64,000 bases of DNA, taken from NCBI GenBank assembly GCA_029855935.1, contig JAGSHN010000019.1:1-64000 (forward strand). The letters run 5' to 3'. The position numbers were made by a program, and so were the translations under genes. The stretch is from Candidatus Thorarchaeota archaeon (GTDB lineage Archaea; Asgardarchaeota; Thorarchaeia; Thorarchaeales; Thorarchaeaceae). Shown here one piece after another: positions 19,505-28,892 of this stretch. Position 1 is the stretch's first letter. The number at the start of each line of letters is the position of its first letter. The notes below the pieces were generated by a model. The model saw only the letters and a program-made list of their open reading frames with translations, was not told where the DNA came from and ran no database searches.

Positions 19505-20107
19505 ATGCCTCAGCGACCTCATGCCTGTCTTTTCGTCGATGGCGGCTACATGGCCAAGGTGAACGACAACTTCGATGGTCGGATTGAGCTGAGAAGGTTT
19601 CTCGACGATCTCGTCACGATGCAGGGCTATTGGAGGAAGCGTACGTATTGGTTTGATGCTCTTCCGTGGTGCGGGAGGGGCTCTACCGAGGAGGACCGCC
19701 GACGACGTGACAATAAGCACAGGTTTCTCGACTCCCTGGCATATTTCCCGCGCACTGAGATCTATCGTGGTAGGGTTGTGAGACGGGTTCCGACCCCGGA
19801 GGGGGATGGTTCCCCCGTCTATGTTCAGAAACAGGTCGATGTGCTATTGTCTCTCAAGATGGCAGAGATTGCCTTTAGGGGCGATGTGAAGTTCATCTCT
19901 CTCATCGCTGGCGACTCCGACTTTGTTCCCGCCGTACGGCTCGCAAAGAATGCAGGCGTTGTTGTCACACTCATATTCGCCTCTATGAAGGGGGTCCTGA
20001 CTCACAATGAGTTGAAGAGGGAGGCTGACGAGAGGATTGAATTGACTCCAGACCTCATTCGGCCCTACCTGATGAGGGAGAACGATGACGGCACGGTCGT
20101 GGAGTAG
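19505..20107 (+). CDS. NYN (LabA/DUF88, PIN-like) ribonuclease
   Basis: FVDGGY, QKQVDV, LIAGDSDFVPAV, ELKREAD; ATG 19505. Confidence 0.92.
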   Translation: MPQRPHACLFVDGGYMAKVNDNFDGRIELRRFLDDLVTMQGYWRKRTYWFDALPWCGRGSTEEDRRRRDNKHRFLDSLAYFPRTEIYRGRVVRRVPTPEGDGSPVYVQKQVDVLLSLKMAEIAFRGDVKFISLIAGDSDFVPAVRLAKNAGVVVTLIFASMKGVLTHNELKREADERIELTPDLIRPYLMRENDDGTVVE

Positions 20108-20163
20108 GACTGCAGTCAGGACCTTCAATCATCAATCATTGAACTGGGTACTGTGAACAATGT

Positions 20164-21375
20164 TCACAGTAGGGCAAGAGCGTCCCTCGGTCTCTTTCTG
20201 ATCATCCTGAGCATCAGACGCCTCTTGACGGTCGCCATCGGCAGCAGTCCGCCGATGGATGCAGCGACAAGGTAGGCCGCATACTCATCGTCGTGGAAGA
20301 ACCTGCACAATATCTCCATGTTCTTCCTGCTCTTGTAGAACATCTTGGCCATCGATGCCGAGACCCCGAGGTCCTTGAGAACGTGCCTCTTACAGAGTCG
20401 GACATACTCTCTCAGGCGTCGTGGGTCGTCCTCCTGCGCAGCCCCAACAAGTGCCTGTGACGCGTATATCCCTGACCTGATTGCGTGGACGATTCCCTCT
20501 CCCGTGAACGAGTCGACGAACCCCGCAGCGTCGCCGACGAGGAGCGTCCTGCCTCTGACGAGCGTCCTGCTGGGTCTGACCGGAAACCTCGCCGCCGACT
20601 CGGAGATGACCTCACCCTCTATGTCGTACTCAGCAGCGAACTTCTGGTACCATCCGTCATATGCCGTTCGGATGTTCTTCGCACGGTCTTGACGGCAGCA
20701 TACACCGAGACTGAGGTGGCTCCGCTTTGGGAAACACCACGTGTAGCCGTGTGGGACAGCCCCGAAGTAGAGCAGAAAGATGTAGGCATCATATCCTGTC
20801 GGGTCGGCACATATCTCGTGGACCTTCTTCTCCCCGACTTCGACCTCAATCTCAATGGCGACCATTGCGGCATCGGCCTCCCACCTGTCGTAGAAGCCGA
20901 GTCGTCTTGCCACCACACCGTTGATCCCATCTGCCCCGACGAGGAATCGTCCCGTGACCTCCTCACCTCCCTTGGTTCGTACCAGGACTCGTCTGGAGTC
21001 CTGCTCGACCTCGGTGACCCTGAACTCCTCCCTCACTTCTACTCCCGCCTCTTCGGCCCTTCTGAGCAGCAGGTGGTCAAACTCCTCTCTCATGATGGTG
21101 TGTCCCGGTCTGGACCTATCCTCAGGGATGCAGTCCACGCGGATGCCCGACGGACTGAAGATGGCCAGCCCTGAGATCTTCCTGTGGACTATCCCTGATA
21201 TGTCAAAGTCGAGCCTCTGACTCACCTCGTTCCTGATCGCTCCCGCACAGGGTTTCGCTCGTGGGAATCTCTCCCTGTCAAGGAGTATCACGCTCAGACC
21301 AGCCTGCGCGGCCCTTCTTGCGGCCGTGGAACCGCTGGGGCCGCCACCGACAATCACAACGTCAGCGTCTGGCAT
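20164..21375 (-). CDS. Geranylgeranyl reductase family flavoprotein
   Basis: VGGGPSG, FPRAKPCAG, GADG, GYTWCFPK, LVGDAAG..DSFTGEGI. Confidence 0.92.
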   Translation of the reverse strand: MPDADVVIVGGGPSGSTAARRAAQAGLSVILLDRERFPRAKPCAGAIRNEVSQRLDFDISGIVHRKISGLAIFSPSGIRVDCIPEDRSRPGHTIMREEFDHLLLRRAEEAGVEVREEFRVTEVEQDSRRVLVRTKGGEEVTGRFLVGADGINGVVARRLGFYDRWEADAAMVAIEIEVEVGEKKVHEICADPTGYDAYIFLLYFGAVPHGYTWCFPKRSHLSLGVCCRQDRAKNIRTAYDGWYQKFAAEYDIEGEVISESAARFPVRPSRTLVRGRTLLVGDAAGFVDSFTGEGIVHAIRSGIYASQALVGAAQEDDPRRLREYVRLCKRHVLKDLGVSASMAKMFYKSRKNMEILCRFFHDDEYAAYLVAASIGGLLPMATVKRRLMLRMIRKRPRDALALL

Positions 21376-21591
21376 CGTCAATCTCCCCTCGCAGAAGTGT
21401 GCAGGCCGCGATAAATAGCCCACGTCCGTAGAGGAGAGTTCTCAGACGGAGATATGCTGTACTGTTTCGCCCTCTAGCCCTGAGAAACAGCGCAGGGGAC
21501 ACAGAAGAGAGATGAGAGAGTTTGGAGGTGAGAGGAGCCACCCCATCTCCTCCCTCCTCCGGTGGCGTGCTTATGTCTCTACCCGGTCATC

Positions 21592-22329
21592 TCATCTCCC
21601 TGCCATCTCGCGTAGCAGGTCCCGGATCTCGCGCAGCACTGTGAGTATCTCATCCTGAAGTGTTCCCTCAAGGCTGGGAACGGGTCTCTCAGGAGCCACC
21701 AGCTCGGTGGTAGTCGCGTACGGGGCCCTGAACTTGCGCAGCTCCTGCAGGATGAAGTCTCGCAGCTCCTCATAGAAGACGACACCCTCCAGCTTCTCCT
21801 CTGGTCCCCATTGGCTGGTACCGGAGTATCCTGCAGTCTCGATCTCCACATTGCCTATCCCGAGCAGCCGGTCGAACGGTCCCGCCCGACTTGAGATGTT
21901 TGTGATGGTCCTGAACGGTACGTGCTTCCGGGTCACATTGATTATGCCCTTCTTCACGTATATCTCTGGCATCGCCTCTCCCGACTTAGAGATGACACTG
22001 TACTCTATCGATTTGTAGTATAGCGGTATGAGGATTGTAGCTGGCACCATCCAGACTGCCATGATGACCCAGAACCACAGATTCACAAGACCGAACCAGT
22101 CATTGATGACTGCCTCAAAGTCGGCATACGTGATTGTCTCGTCGACGGTCGCGACGAGATATCCGATTCCCAACCACGAACCGATGATCAACACGTACAG
22201 TCCGACGGCGATGAGTACCATCATCAGATAGTACTTGTACATGAACCGCCGGTCCGGTCTGAACACTTTTCCACTGGTCACTGGCTCCATAGGCGGCCGT
22301 ATGACAATCCCTTCCTCTTGCCCACCCAT
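21592..22329 (-). CDS. Membrane protein with bacterial PH-like (bPH_2) domain
   Basis: Two TM helices, then KGII...VPFRTITNIS...GPFDRLLGIGNVEIETAG. Confidence 0.85.
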   Translation of the reverse strand: MGGQEEGIVIRPPMEPVTSGKVFRPDRRFMYKYYLMMVLIAVGLYVLIIGSWLGIGYLVATVDETITYADFEAVINDWFGLVNLWFWVIMAVWMVPATILIPLYYKSIEYSVISKSGEAMPEIYVKKGIINVTRKHVPFRTITNISSRAGPFDRLLGIGNVEIETAGYSGTSQWGPEEKLEGVVFYEELRDFILQELRKFRAPYATTTELVAPERPVPSLEGTLQDEILTVLREIRDLLREMAGR

Positions 22330-22332
22330 AAT

Positions 22333-22989
22333 CTATTCTGCCTCCTTTCTCTTGTATCGAGGTACCTGCTTTGCTGCCAGCTTGTGGAACACTGCGATGG
22401 ACTGTTCAGTCATCGGGAGATCGCGTTCATCGTCGCGGAGGGAGAGATTGTATTCCTCGATGATCGTGTCGAGAGTCTTCCTACATTCTGCCTCCTTCGG
22501 GCACTCTGAGCAGGGCCTCCCCGCGTAGGAGTCGTGCTTGTACCAGACGATGATGCCCAGTCTCTTGGTGAAGACGATGTACACCTGAGCATTTGCCTGA
22601 TAGTCAAACCCTATGAGCAGTCCTTTGTAGTCAAGGACACTCTCAATGTCGAGTCTGTGGCTCGTCGCATGGTCCCTGAGGGCCCTCTCAATCTTCTTTC
22701 TGGCACGATTCAGCACGCGTGAAACGTACGCAGGGCTCCACGCCCATTCGCGCTGCACCCTCTCAAGGGCCCGTTCTGCACGACGCCTCTCAGCGGTACT
22801 CTCCGCTCTCTCGATGTCCTTCTCCAGTGTCTTGACTCTCTTCAGAGCCTCTCTCGCCTCCGACTCGGAGATCACTCCCCTGTCGCGCAGCCACGCGGGG
22901 TCTCTGCTGGCCTCCGCTATCTGGCTTGTACTCATCCCTCTCTGGAACTCGTTCCAGACGATTGACTCGTGTGCTGAGAGTAGGCCCAT
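22333..22989 (-). CDS. Putative DNA-binding protein (split HTH plus CxxC-x4-C)
   Basis: STSQIAE...SPAYVSRVLNRARKKI; PCSECPKEAEC; 3 nt from the downstream gene. Confidence 0.65.
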   Translation of the reverse strand: MGLLSAHESIVWNEFQRGMSTSQIAEASRDPAWLRDRGVISESEAREALKRVKTLEKDIERAESTAERRRAERALERVQREWAWSPAYVSRVLNRARKKIERALRDHATSHRLDIESVLDYKGLLIGFDYQANAQVYIVFTKRLGIIVWYKHDSYAGRPCSECPKEAECRKTLDTIIEEYNLSLRDDERDLPMTEQSIAVFHKLAAKQVPRYKRKEAE

Positions 22990-23207
22990 AGTTGCATCAC
23001 CCTGTCAGCGCCGTCCACTCGCCGGACAGCAATCAGGTAATTCTCAACCTTCCTGTGGTAAAGATTTATAGATAAGTCTTTCGGCCCCGATGGGCCTCTG
23101 GCGGGGCAATGAGCACGGAGTCACGTATCTCGGTAGATTAATGAATAGGGAGTTGATTACGGTCTCTCTGCCATTCCTGGTGATGCGACGACCCCGGAGG
23201 ACTTACC

Positions 23208-24515
23208 GTGAATGATCTTGGACTGGCTGTTCTGATGGTCTTCATTGCGACCTATGCGATAATCTCGACAGAGAAGGTCAACCGTACTGCAATGTCACTT
23301 CTCGGAATGGCCGTAGTGGGTGCGGTTCTCTGGGCCGGCTATCAGGCTGGCATACCGGGTGGCATATCCTTTGCCGGGATGGCCGAACACATCGATTGGT
23401 CCACAATCCTCTTCGTCACTGCAATGATGATAATCGTGGGCGTGGCGGGCGCCTCCGGGATGTTCCAGTACATCGCGCTGCGCCTGTCGCGACCCAGCGG
23501 TGGCGACCATAGGCGTCTCTTCCAGACATTCATAGGATTCACCTTCGGCATCTCGCTGTTCTTCGACACCACCTCAACAATGCTGATAATGGCGCCGCTC
23601 ACGATTGAGGTCTGCAAGGCCTTGGAGATAGACTTCAAGCCATTCCTCGTCTGCGAGTCGTTGACAAGCAACTTTGCGTCAATTCCATCGATAGTGGGTG
23701 CGGTCCCGAATCTCGTCATCGCCGGCGAGACGAATATGGATGCCGGGTTTCTGTTCATAGTGTTCATGCCACTTGCCATTGTGCTGCTTGTGGTCACGCT
23801 CCCAATCATGACCTGGTGGTATCGTTCATCCTTTGGGAGGACGGAGGCATATCGTGTACAGGCTGTGTTTGACATCGATCCGAGCCACATGATACGGTCG
23901 GAGCGTGACTTCTACGCAGCGGTACTGGGAATTGGCGCTCTGGTCGTGGGCTTTGCTCTTGGTCCGTCCCTCCACGTGGAGCCCCCCATGGTGGCTCTCA
24001 TTGTGGCGTCTGGTCTCCTGCTGCTCTCACACGACCGTGCGAATCGCTTTCTCCGTGAGGTCGGCTGGGACACCGTCTTCTTTCTGGTAGGCCTCTTCGG
24101 ACTGGTTGTGGCGCTCGAGGTCACAGGGCTGATCGAGGAGCTCGGCGTGGCGATAGGCGGGATAATCGGCGAGAATGCCATCTTTGCGACCGTGTTCCTA
24201 GTCTGGGTGCCGGCGATGCTCTCCGCTTTCCTCGATAATCTCCCTGTGTCGGCGGTTCTGGCACCGATTGCAAGCAGGTTCTCCTACATCAGTCCCGTGC
24301 TCCCCCTTGCGCTCGTCTTTGCTGTCAACATTGGTGGCTATCTCTTCACCCCACTCGGTTCCCCCGCGAACATGGTCGCAATGGGCTTTGCTGAGAAGGA
24401 ACACGACCGAATCCCGTTCAGCGAGTTCGCAAAGATTGGGACAGTCCTTGGTCTCATTCATCTGGCGATAGGCAGTCTCTGGCTCATCGGAGTGATGTTC
24501 CTGATGGGTTTCTGA
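23208..24515 (+). CDS. ArsB/NhaD (SLC13/P-protein-like) ion transporter, paralog 1
   Basis: IDWSTILF, SLFFDTTST, IVGAVPNLVI, SAFLDNLP, TPLGSPAN. Confidence 0.9.
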   Translation: MNDLGLAVLMVFIATYAIISTEKVNRTAMSLLGMAVVGAVLWAGYQAGIPGGISFAGMAEHIDWSTILFVTAMMIIVGVAGASGMFQYIALRLSRPSGGDHRRLFQTFIGFTFGISLFFDTTSTMLIMAPLTIEVCKALEIDFKPFLVCESLTSNFASIPSIVGAVPNLVIAGETNMDAGFLFIVFMPLAIVLLVVTLPIMTWWYRSSFGRTEAYRVQAVFDIDPSHMIRSERDFYAAVLGIGALVVGFALGPSLHVEPPMVALIVASGLLLLSHDRANRFLREVGWDTVFFLVGLFGLVVALEVTGLIEELGVAIGGIIGENAIFATVFLVWVPAMLSAFLDNLPVSAVLAPIASRFSYISPVLPLALVFAVNIGGYLFTPLGSPANMVAMGFAEKEHDRIPFSEFAKIGTVLGLIHLAIGSLWLIGVMFLMGF

Positions 24516-24591
24516 GATGTCGCCTGACGAGGGAAGAGAGATGGATGGCCTAGACATCGTGGTCCGTGCGCTGGCGTTCTGAACTGGAGGC

Positions 24592-25905
24592 GTGGAGCGG
24601 TTGCAGCCAATCGGTGGCCCTGTTCTGCTGGTCTTCATTGGCACCTACCTCCTCATCTCAAGCGAACGGGTCAACCGCACAGCGATGGCTATGACTGGGA
24701 TGGGCATCGTTGGCACCGTAATGTGGATCGCGCACGCGCTCGACTCGTCACAGGGCGCGACCTTCAGGATGCTTGTTGAGCATATCGAGTGGCACACAAT
24801 CCTCTTCATCACTGCGATGATGGTCATCGTGGCAGTTGCCAGTGCATCGGGGATGTTTCAGTTCATCGCCATCACTATCGCGCGGCCGACCAGAGGTGAC
24901 ACGCGCCGGCTGTTTGTCGTATTCATGGTCTTTGTCTTCGCCATCTCGTTGTTCTTTGACACTGTGTCGACCATCCTCATAATCGGTCCTCTGACGATAG
25001 AGGTGTGCAAGGCGCTTGACATAGACTTCAGGCCCTTTCTCATCGCAGAGGCTGTGGTCTGCAATTTTGCGTCCATCCCCTCGATTGTCGGTGCGGTCCC
25101 GAATCTCGTCATTGCTGACAGGACCGGCATCACAGCCTCATTCCTTTTCCTCGTACTGATGCCCCTCTCCGCGATCCTGATGCTCATCTCGCTTCCCATC
25201 TTCCTGCACAGGTTCAGGGACATACTGCAGCCAGCACCTGAGGAGCTGGTCCATCAGATGATGTTAATCGACCCCGAGCTGATGATTCGTTCCCGCACGG
25301 ACTTCTACATGTCCGTTGTGGGGATGGCAGCACTCGTCCTCGGCTTCACGGTGGGAACGACTGCAGGTGTCGAACCAGCTCTCATTGCCATCGTGGTGGC
25401 CTTCGTGATGCTCCTGCTGACCCGTGAACGGGTCGAGAAGATCCTCGCGCGGATTGGTTGGGGGACCGTCTTTTTCCTCATTGGTATCTTTGGTCTTGTT
25501 GCTGCTCTGGAGATCACTGGCATCATTGATGACATCGGTCGCGCCGTCGGCCAGATTGTGGGTGGCAACATCTCCTCGGCCGTGGTGTTCCTCATCTGGG
25601 TGCCAGCAGCACTCTCTGCGGTCATCGACAACATCCCCGTGTCAGTCGTTCTCGCTCCGATAGTCATACAGTTCTCCGGGCTCTCCCCTGTCCTGCCCGC
25701 CGTGTTGATATTTGCAGTCAATGTCGGAGGATATCTCCTCCCCATTGGTGCGCCCGCGAACTTGCTCGTTCTCGCCCTTGCAGAACAGGAGGGCAGGCCG
25801 ATCTCACTGGGCAGTTTCGCACGTGTGGCCACAGTTCTGGCCCTGTTGCACCTTGCGGTCGGCACGGTGTGGCTGGTCCTGCTGTCCCTCTTCTTTGCAT
25901 GGTGA
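24592..25905 (+). CDS. ArsB/NhaD (SLC13/P-protein-like) ion transporter, paralog 2
   Basis: Same motifs as paralog 1 (SAVIDNIP, LPIGAPAN); long identical peptide stretches. Confidence 0.9.
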   Translation: MERLQPIGGPVLLVFIGTYLLISSERVNRTAMAMTGMGIVGTVMWIAHALDSSQGATFRMLVEHIEWHTILFITAMMVIVAVASASGMFQFIAITIARPTRGDTRRLFVVFMVFVFAISLFFDTVSTILIIGPLTIEVCKALDIDFRPFLIAEAVVCNFASIPSIVGAVPNLVIADRTGITASFLFLVLMPLSAILMLISLPIFLHRFRDILQPAPEELVHQMMLIDPELMIRSRTDFYMSVVGMAALVLGFTVGTTAGVEPALIAIVVAFVMLLLTRERVEKILARIGWGTVFFLIGIFGLVAALEITGIIDDIGRAVGQIVGGNISSAVVFLIWVPAALSAVIDNIPVSVVLAPIVIQFSGLSPVLPAVLIFAVNVGGYLLPIGAPANLLVLALAEQEGRPISLGSFARVATVLALLHLAVGTVWLVLLSLFFAW

Positions 25906-25976
25906 CCGTCACCAGAGTCTTTATCCATCACTGATCGTGACGGACGATACAGCCAGAGAACAGAGGTCTGAGATTC

Positions 25977-26489
25977 TTGCCGCGTCGAGCACGGTGTCCC
26001 TATTGTGACAGGTTGTTCCGTGTGGACAAGCTCGATGAACATGTCGTCCGCTGCAGGCAGCGCCACCTCGAGAGGAATCAGCCCCAGCAGCAACAGCAGT
26101 GGCAACGTCCTGTCGGTGGCGAGATAGTCGTGGATGGGACCAATATTGCACACTATCTCACAGCGACCGGCACGCCACGTGTGCACAACCTCGTCATCGC
26201 ACAAAGGAGCCTCATCTCGGCTGGCTACACGCCCATCACGGTGGTGTCTGCCGCGCTCATCCACAGGATTGACCATCCTGACATACTGGAGGAGATGATC
26301 GCCAGCGGCGAGGTCGTAGAGTCGGGACGAGGTCAGAACGATGATCTTGTGATGATCAGACTGGCGCAGAGAAAAGGCATCGAGATAGTCACAAACGACA
26401 GGTTCCTCGACTGGCTCGACAGGTATCCCTGGCTGGCAGGCCGGCTGCGACGCTATCGGATGACTCCTCACGCTCTGATATTGCTCTGA
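25977..26489 (+). CDS. Zc3h12a/Regnase-like NYN ribonuclease with N-terminal Zn finger
   Basis: CPYC...HVVRC finger, Q-rich linker, IVVDGTNIAH...NDDLVMIRLA...IVTNDRFLDW. Confidence 0.8.
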   Translation: MPRRARCPYCDRLFRVDKLDEHVVRCRQRHLERNQPQQQQQWQRPVGGEIVVDGTNIAHYLTATGTPRVHNLVIAQRSLISAGYTPITVVSAALIHRIDHPDILEEMIASGEVVESGRGQNDDLVMIRLAQRKGIEIVTNDRFLDWLDRYPWLAGRLRRYRMTPHALILL

Positions 26490-26589
26490 GTCACGGCCAG
26501 TTCGAAAGCGTTAAAATCGGAGTAGTGGCGGTTGAACTGTCGAGCGGCACTTCTGCTGGCTGGCCTGATTGGTTGGTTGGTGACGCCCA

Positions 26590-28392
26590 ATGAAGATCGA
26601 TGAACTTCGCTCCAAGTACCTAGAGTTCTTCCGACAGAGAGGCCACGCGGTGATACCTTCTGCATCCCTGCTTCCTGAGAACGACCCCACAGTGCTGTTC
26701 ACGACAGCTGGGATGCATCCTCTCGTACCGTTCCTGCTTGGAGAGCCGCACCCGAAGGGAAAACGTCTCACCAACTGTCAGAAGTGTATCCGGACGACTG
26801 ATATCGACAGCGTGGGCGATACGGTCCATCTGACGTTCTTTGAGATGTTGGGCAACTGGAGTCTTGGCGACTACTGGAAGCGCGAGGCAATAACGTGGAG
26901 CTATGAGTTCCTGACATCGAGGGACTGGCTTGGCTTCGACCCGGAGCGTCTGTACGTCACGGTCTTTGCTGGCGATGACGACGCACCACGTGACACAGAG
27001 TCCGCAGAGATATGGAAGAGTCTCGGCATCCCCGAGGAGCGAATCTACTACCTGCCGAAGGAGGACAACTGGTGGGGTCCTGCGGGAACGACTGGTCCCT
27101 GTGGACCGTGCACTGAGATGTTCATCGAGATCGATGAGATTCCCAAGTGTGGTCCGGACTGCCGTCCTGGTTGTAGCTGTGGCCACTTCGTCGAGGTCTG
27201 GAATGATGTCTTCATGGAGTACAACAAGCGTGCCGACGGGACCTACGAGCCGCTAAAGCAACGCAATGTCGACACGGGGATGGGCGTCGAGCGTACGGCT
27301 GCGATGCTTCAGCGGGTGCCGACGGTCTATGACACGGAGGCCTTCCGTCCCCTCATTGACAAGATAAAGGAGCTGTCCCCAAGAGAGCAGTTCTCGGAGG
27401 ACGATGAGGTCCTATGCAGGATAATCGCTGACCACACGAAGGCGGCCGTGATGATAATGGCTGACGACGCTCGGATATCCCCCTCGAATGTCGAACAGGG
27501 CTACGTAGTCCGGAGGCTCCTCAGAAAGGCCATTCTCAGTGCCGAGAGGCTGGGTATCGAGAGCGGTTTCCTGACGGTGCTCGCCGACATCGTCATCCAG
27601 ATGTATCGTCACGTCTATGACGAGACCGAGCGCAACAGGGACTTTGTCATGCAGAATCTTGTTGACGAGGAGCGGAAGTTCAGGAAGACGCTCGGAAAGG
27701 CCCTCAGACGTCTGGAGCGAATCATTGAGACGAATGGCACAGTGACGGGCAAGGACGCTTTCCTTCTCTTCACAAGCTTTGGTCTCCCCCTAGAGATAAC
27801 GCGAGAGATTGCCGAGGAGAAGGGCATCAGCATAGATATGGACGAGTTCCGACGCGAGTTCGAGCATCACAGGGAGATCTCCCGCACTGCCACACAGGGC
27901 AAGTTCAAGGGTGGTCTTGCGGACCACAGTGAGGAGATAACAAAGCTGCACACGGCAACGCATCTGCTCCAAGCGGCTCTGCGGAAGGTGCTGGGCGAGT
28001 CCGTGCGTCAGATGGGCAGCAATATCACGAGAGAGCGTCTCAGGTTCGACTTCACATTCCCACGAAAGCTGACGCCTGAGGAGATAAAGCAGGTGGAGGA
28101 CCTCGTGAACGATGTGATAAGACGCGACCTGCCTGTCAAACGTGAGGTGATGCCCTATGATGAGGCCATCGCAAGCGGTGCCTTGGCATTCTTCCGTGAC
28201 GTCTACGGCGATGAGGTCTCCGTCTACTCTGTTGGTGACTTCAGCAGGGAGGTCTGCGGTGGTCCTCACGTGGAGCACACTGGTGTGCTAGGTCGATTCA
28301 AGATCACCAAGCAGAAGAAGATAGGTGCCGGTCTGATGCGTATCAAGGCGGTCCTCATAGACGAGGAGGGCGGTGACACGGGGCAGCAATAG
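26590..28392 (+). CDS. alaS: Alanine--tRNA ligase (short form without C-Ala domain)
   Basis: LFTTAGMHPL, HLTFFEMLGNWS, GPCGPCTE, DTGMGVER, editing motifs HTATH and CGGPH; 600 aa. Confidence 0.97.
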   Translation: MKIDELRSKYLEFFRQRGHAVIPSASLLPENDPTVLFTTAGMHPLVPFLLGEPHPKGKRLTNCQKCIRTTDIDSVGDTVHLTFFEMLGNWSLGDYWKREAITWSYEFLTSRDWLGFDPERLYVTVFAGDDDAPRDTESAEIWKSLGIPEERIYYLPKEDNWWGPAGTTGPCGPCTEMFIEIDEIPKCGPDCRPGCSCGHFVEVWNDVFMEYNKRADGTYEPLKQRNVDTGMGVERTAAMLQRVPTVYDTEAFRPLIDKIKELSPREQFSEDDEVLCRIIADHTKAAVMIMADDARISPSNVEQGYVVRRLLRKAILSAERLGIESGFLTVLADIVIQMYRHVYDETERNRDFVMQNLVDEERKFRKTLGKALRRLERIIETNGTVTGKDAFLLFTSFGLPLEITREIAEEKGISIDMDEFRREFEHHREISRTATQGKFKGGLADHSEEITKLHTATHLLQAALRKVLGESVRQMGSNITRERLRFDFTFPRKLTPEEIKQVEDLVNDVIRRDLPVKREVMPYDEAIASGALAFFRDVYGDEVSVYSVGDFSREVCGGPHVEHTGVLGRFKITKQKKIGAGLMRIKAVLIDEEGGDTGQQ

Positions 28393-28513
28393 GGCCGCGC
28401 CAAGACACATACCCACGTTACCGCAGCAATATCTTTTTGTCCTATGCGTTCGTATGAACATAATGCCCCGCAATAGGATAGACTAGCCACTATCCGTCAG
28501 GGATGGTGCTGAG

Positions 28514-28882
28514 ATGAAGAAGGAGCGCACGCTGGAGGCAGTCAGAGAGTCATGCCGCCGGCTCATTGAGCAGCTTGAGCGAGGTGCCGACTGTGATGAG
28601 CTTCTTGTTGCTCAGAGAGAGTTCGAGCAGGCAGTAGATGACGCGATGGATGCGTATCGTAGAGGCGAGATACGAGTCGACGCTGTGGCCCTGCCCGAGC
28701 TGATGTACGAGTTTGTCAAGACCGAGCTGCCAATGTTGTGCAGAGGCGACTCGGCGATGAGGACAAGGGCCCTGCAACGTGCCCGACTGTTCCTAAACAC
28801 AATGGACCTTGTGGTGGCACCCGTCGAGGTGGACGGGGAGGACGGATCCGAGAGGGTAACTGGGGAGGCGGTCTCTCACTGA
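28514..28882 (+). CDS. Hypothetical helical protein
   Basis: 122-aa ORF with host-like codon usage. Confidence 0.6.
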   Translation: MKKERTLEAVRESCRRLIEQLERGADCDELLVAQREFEQAVDDAMDAYRRGEIRVDAVALPELMYEFVKTELPMLCRGDSAMRTRALQRARLFLNTMDLVVAPVEVDGEDGSERVTGEAVSH

Positions 28883-28892
28883 CTCTCCTCCA

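Noticed and set aside
25305-26471. Long antisense ORF (388 aa) and similar shadow ORFs (e.g. 20485-21174, 50002-50766, 59768-60610)
   Set aside because: They overlap well-supported genes on the opposite strand; expected in GC-rich coding DNA
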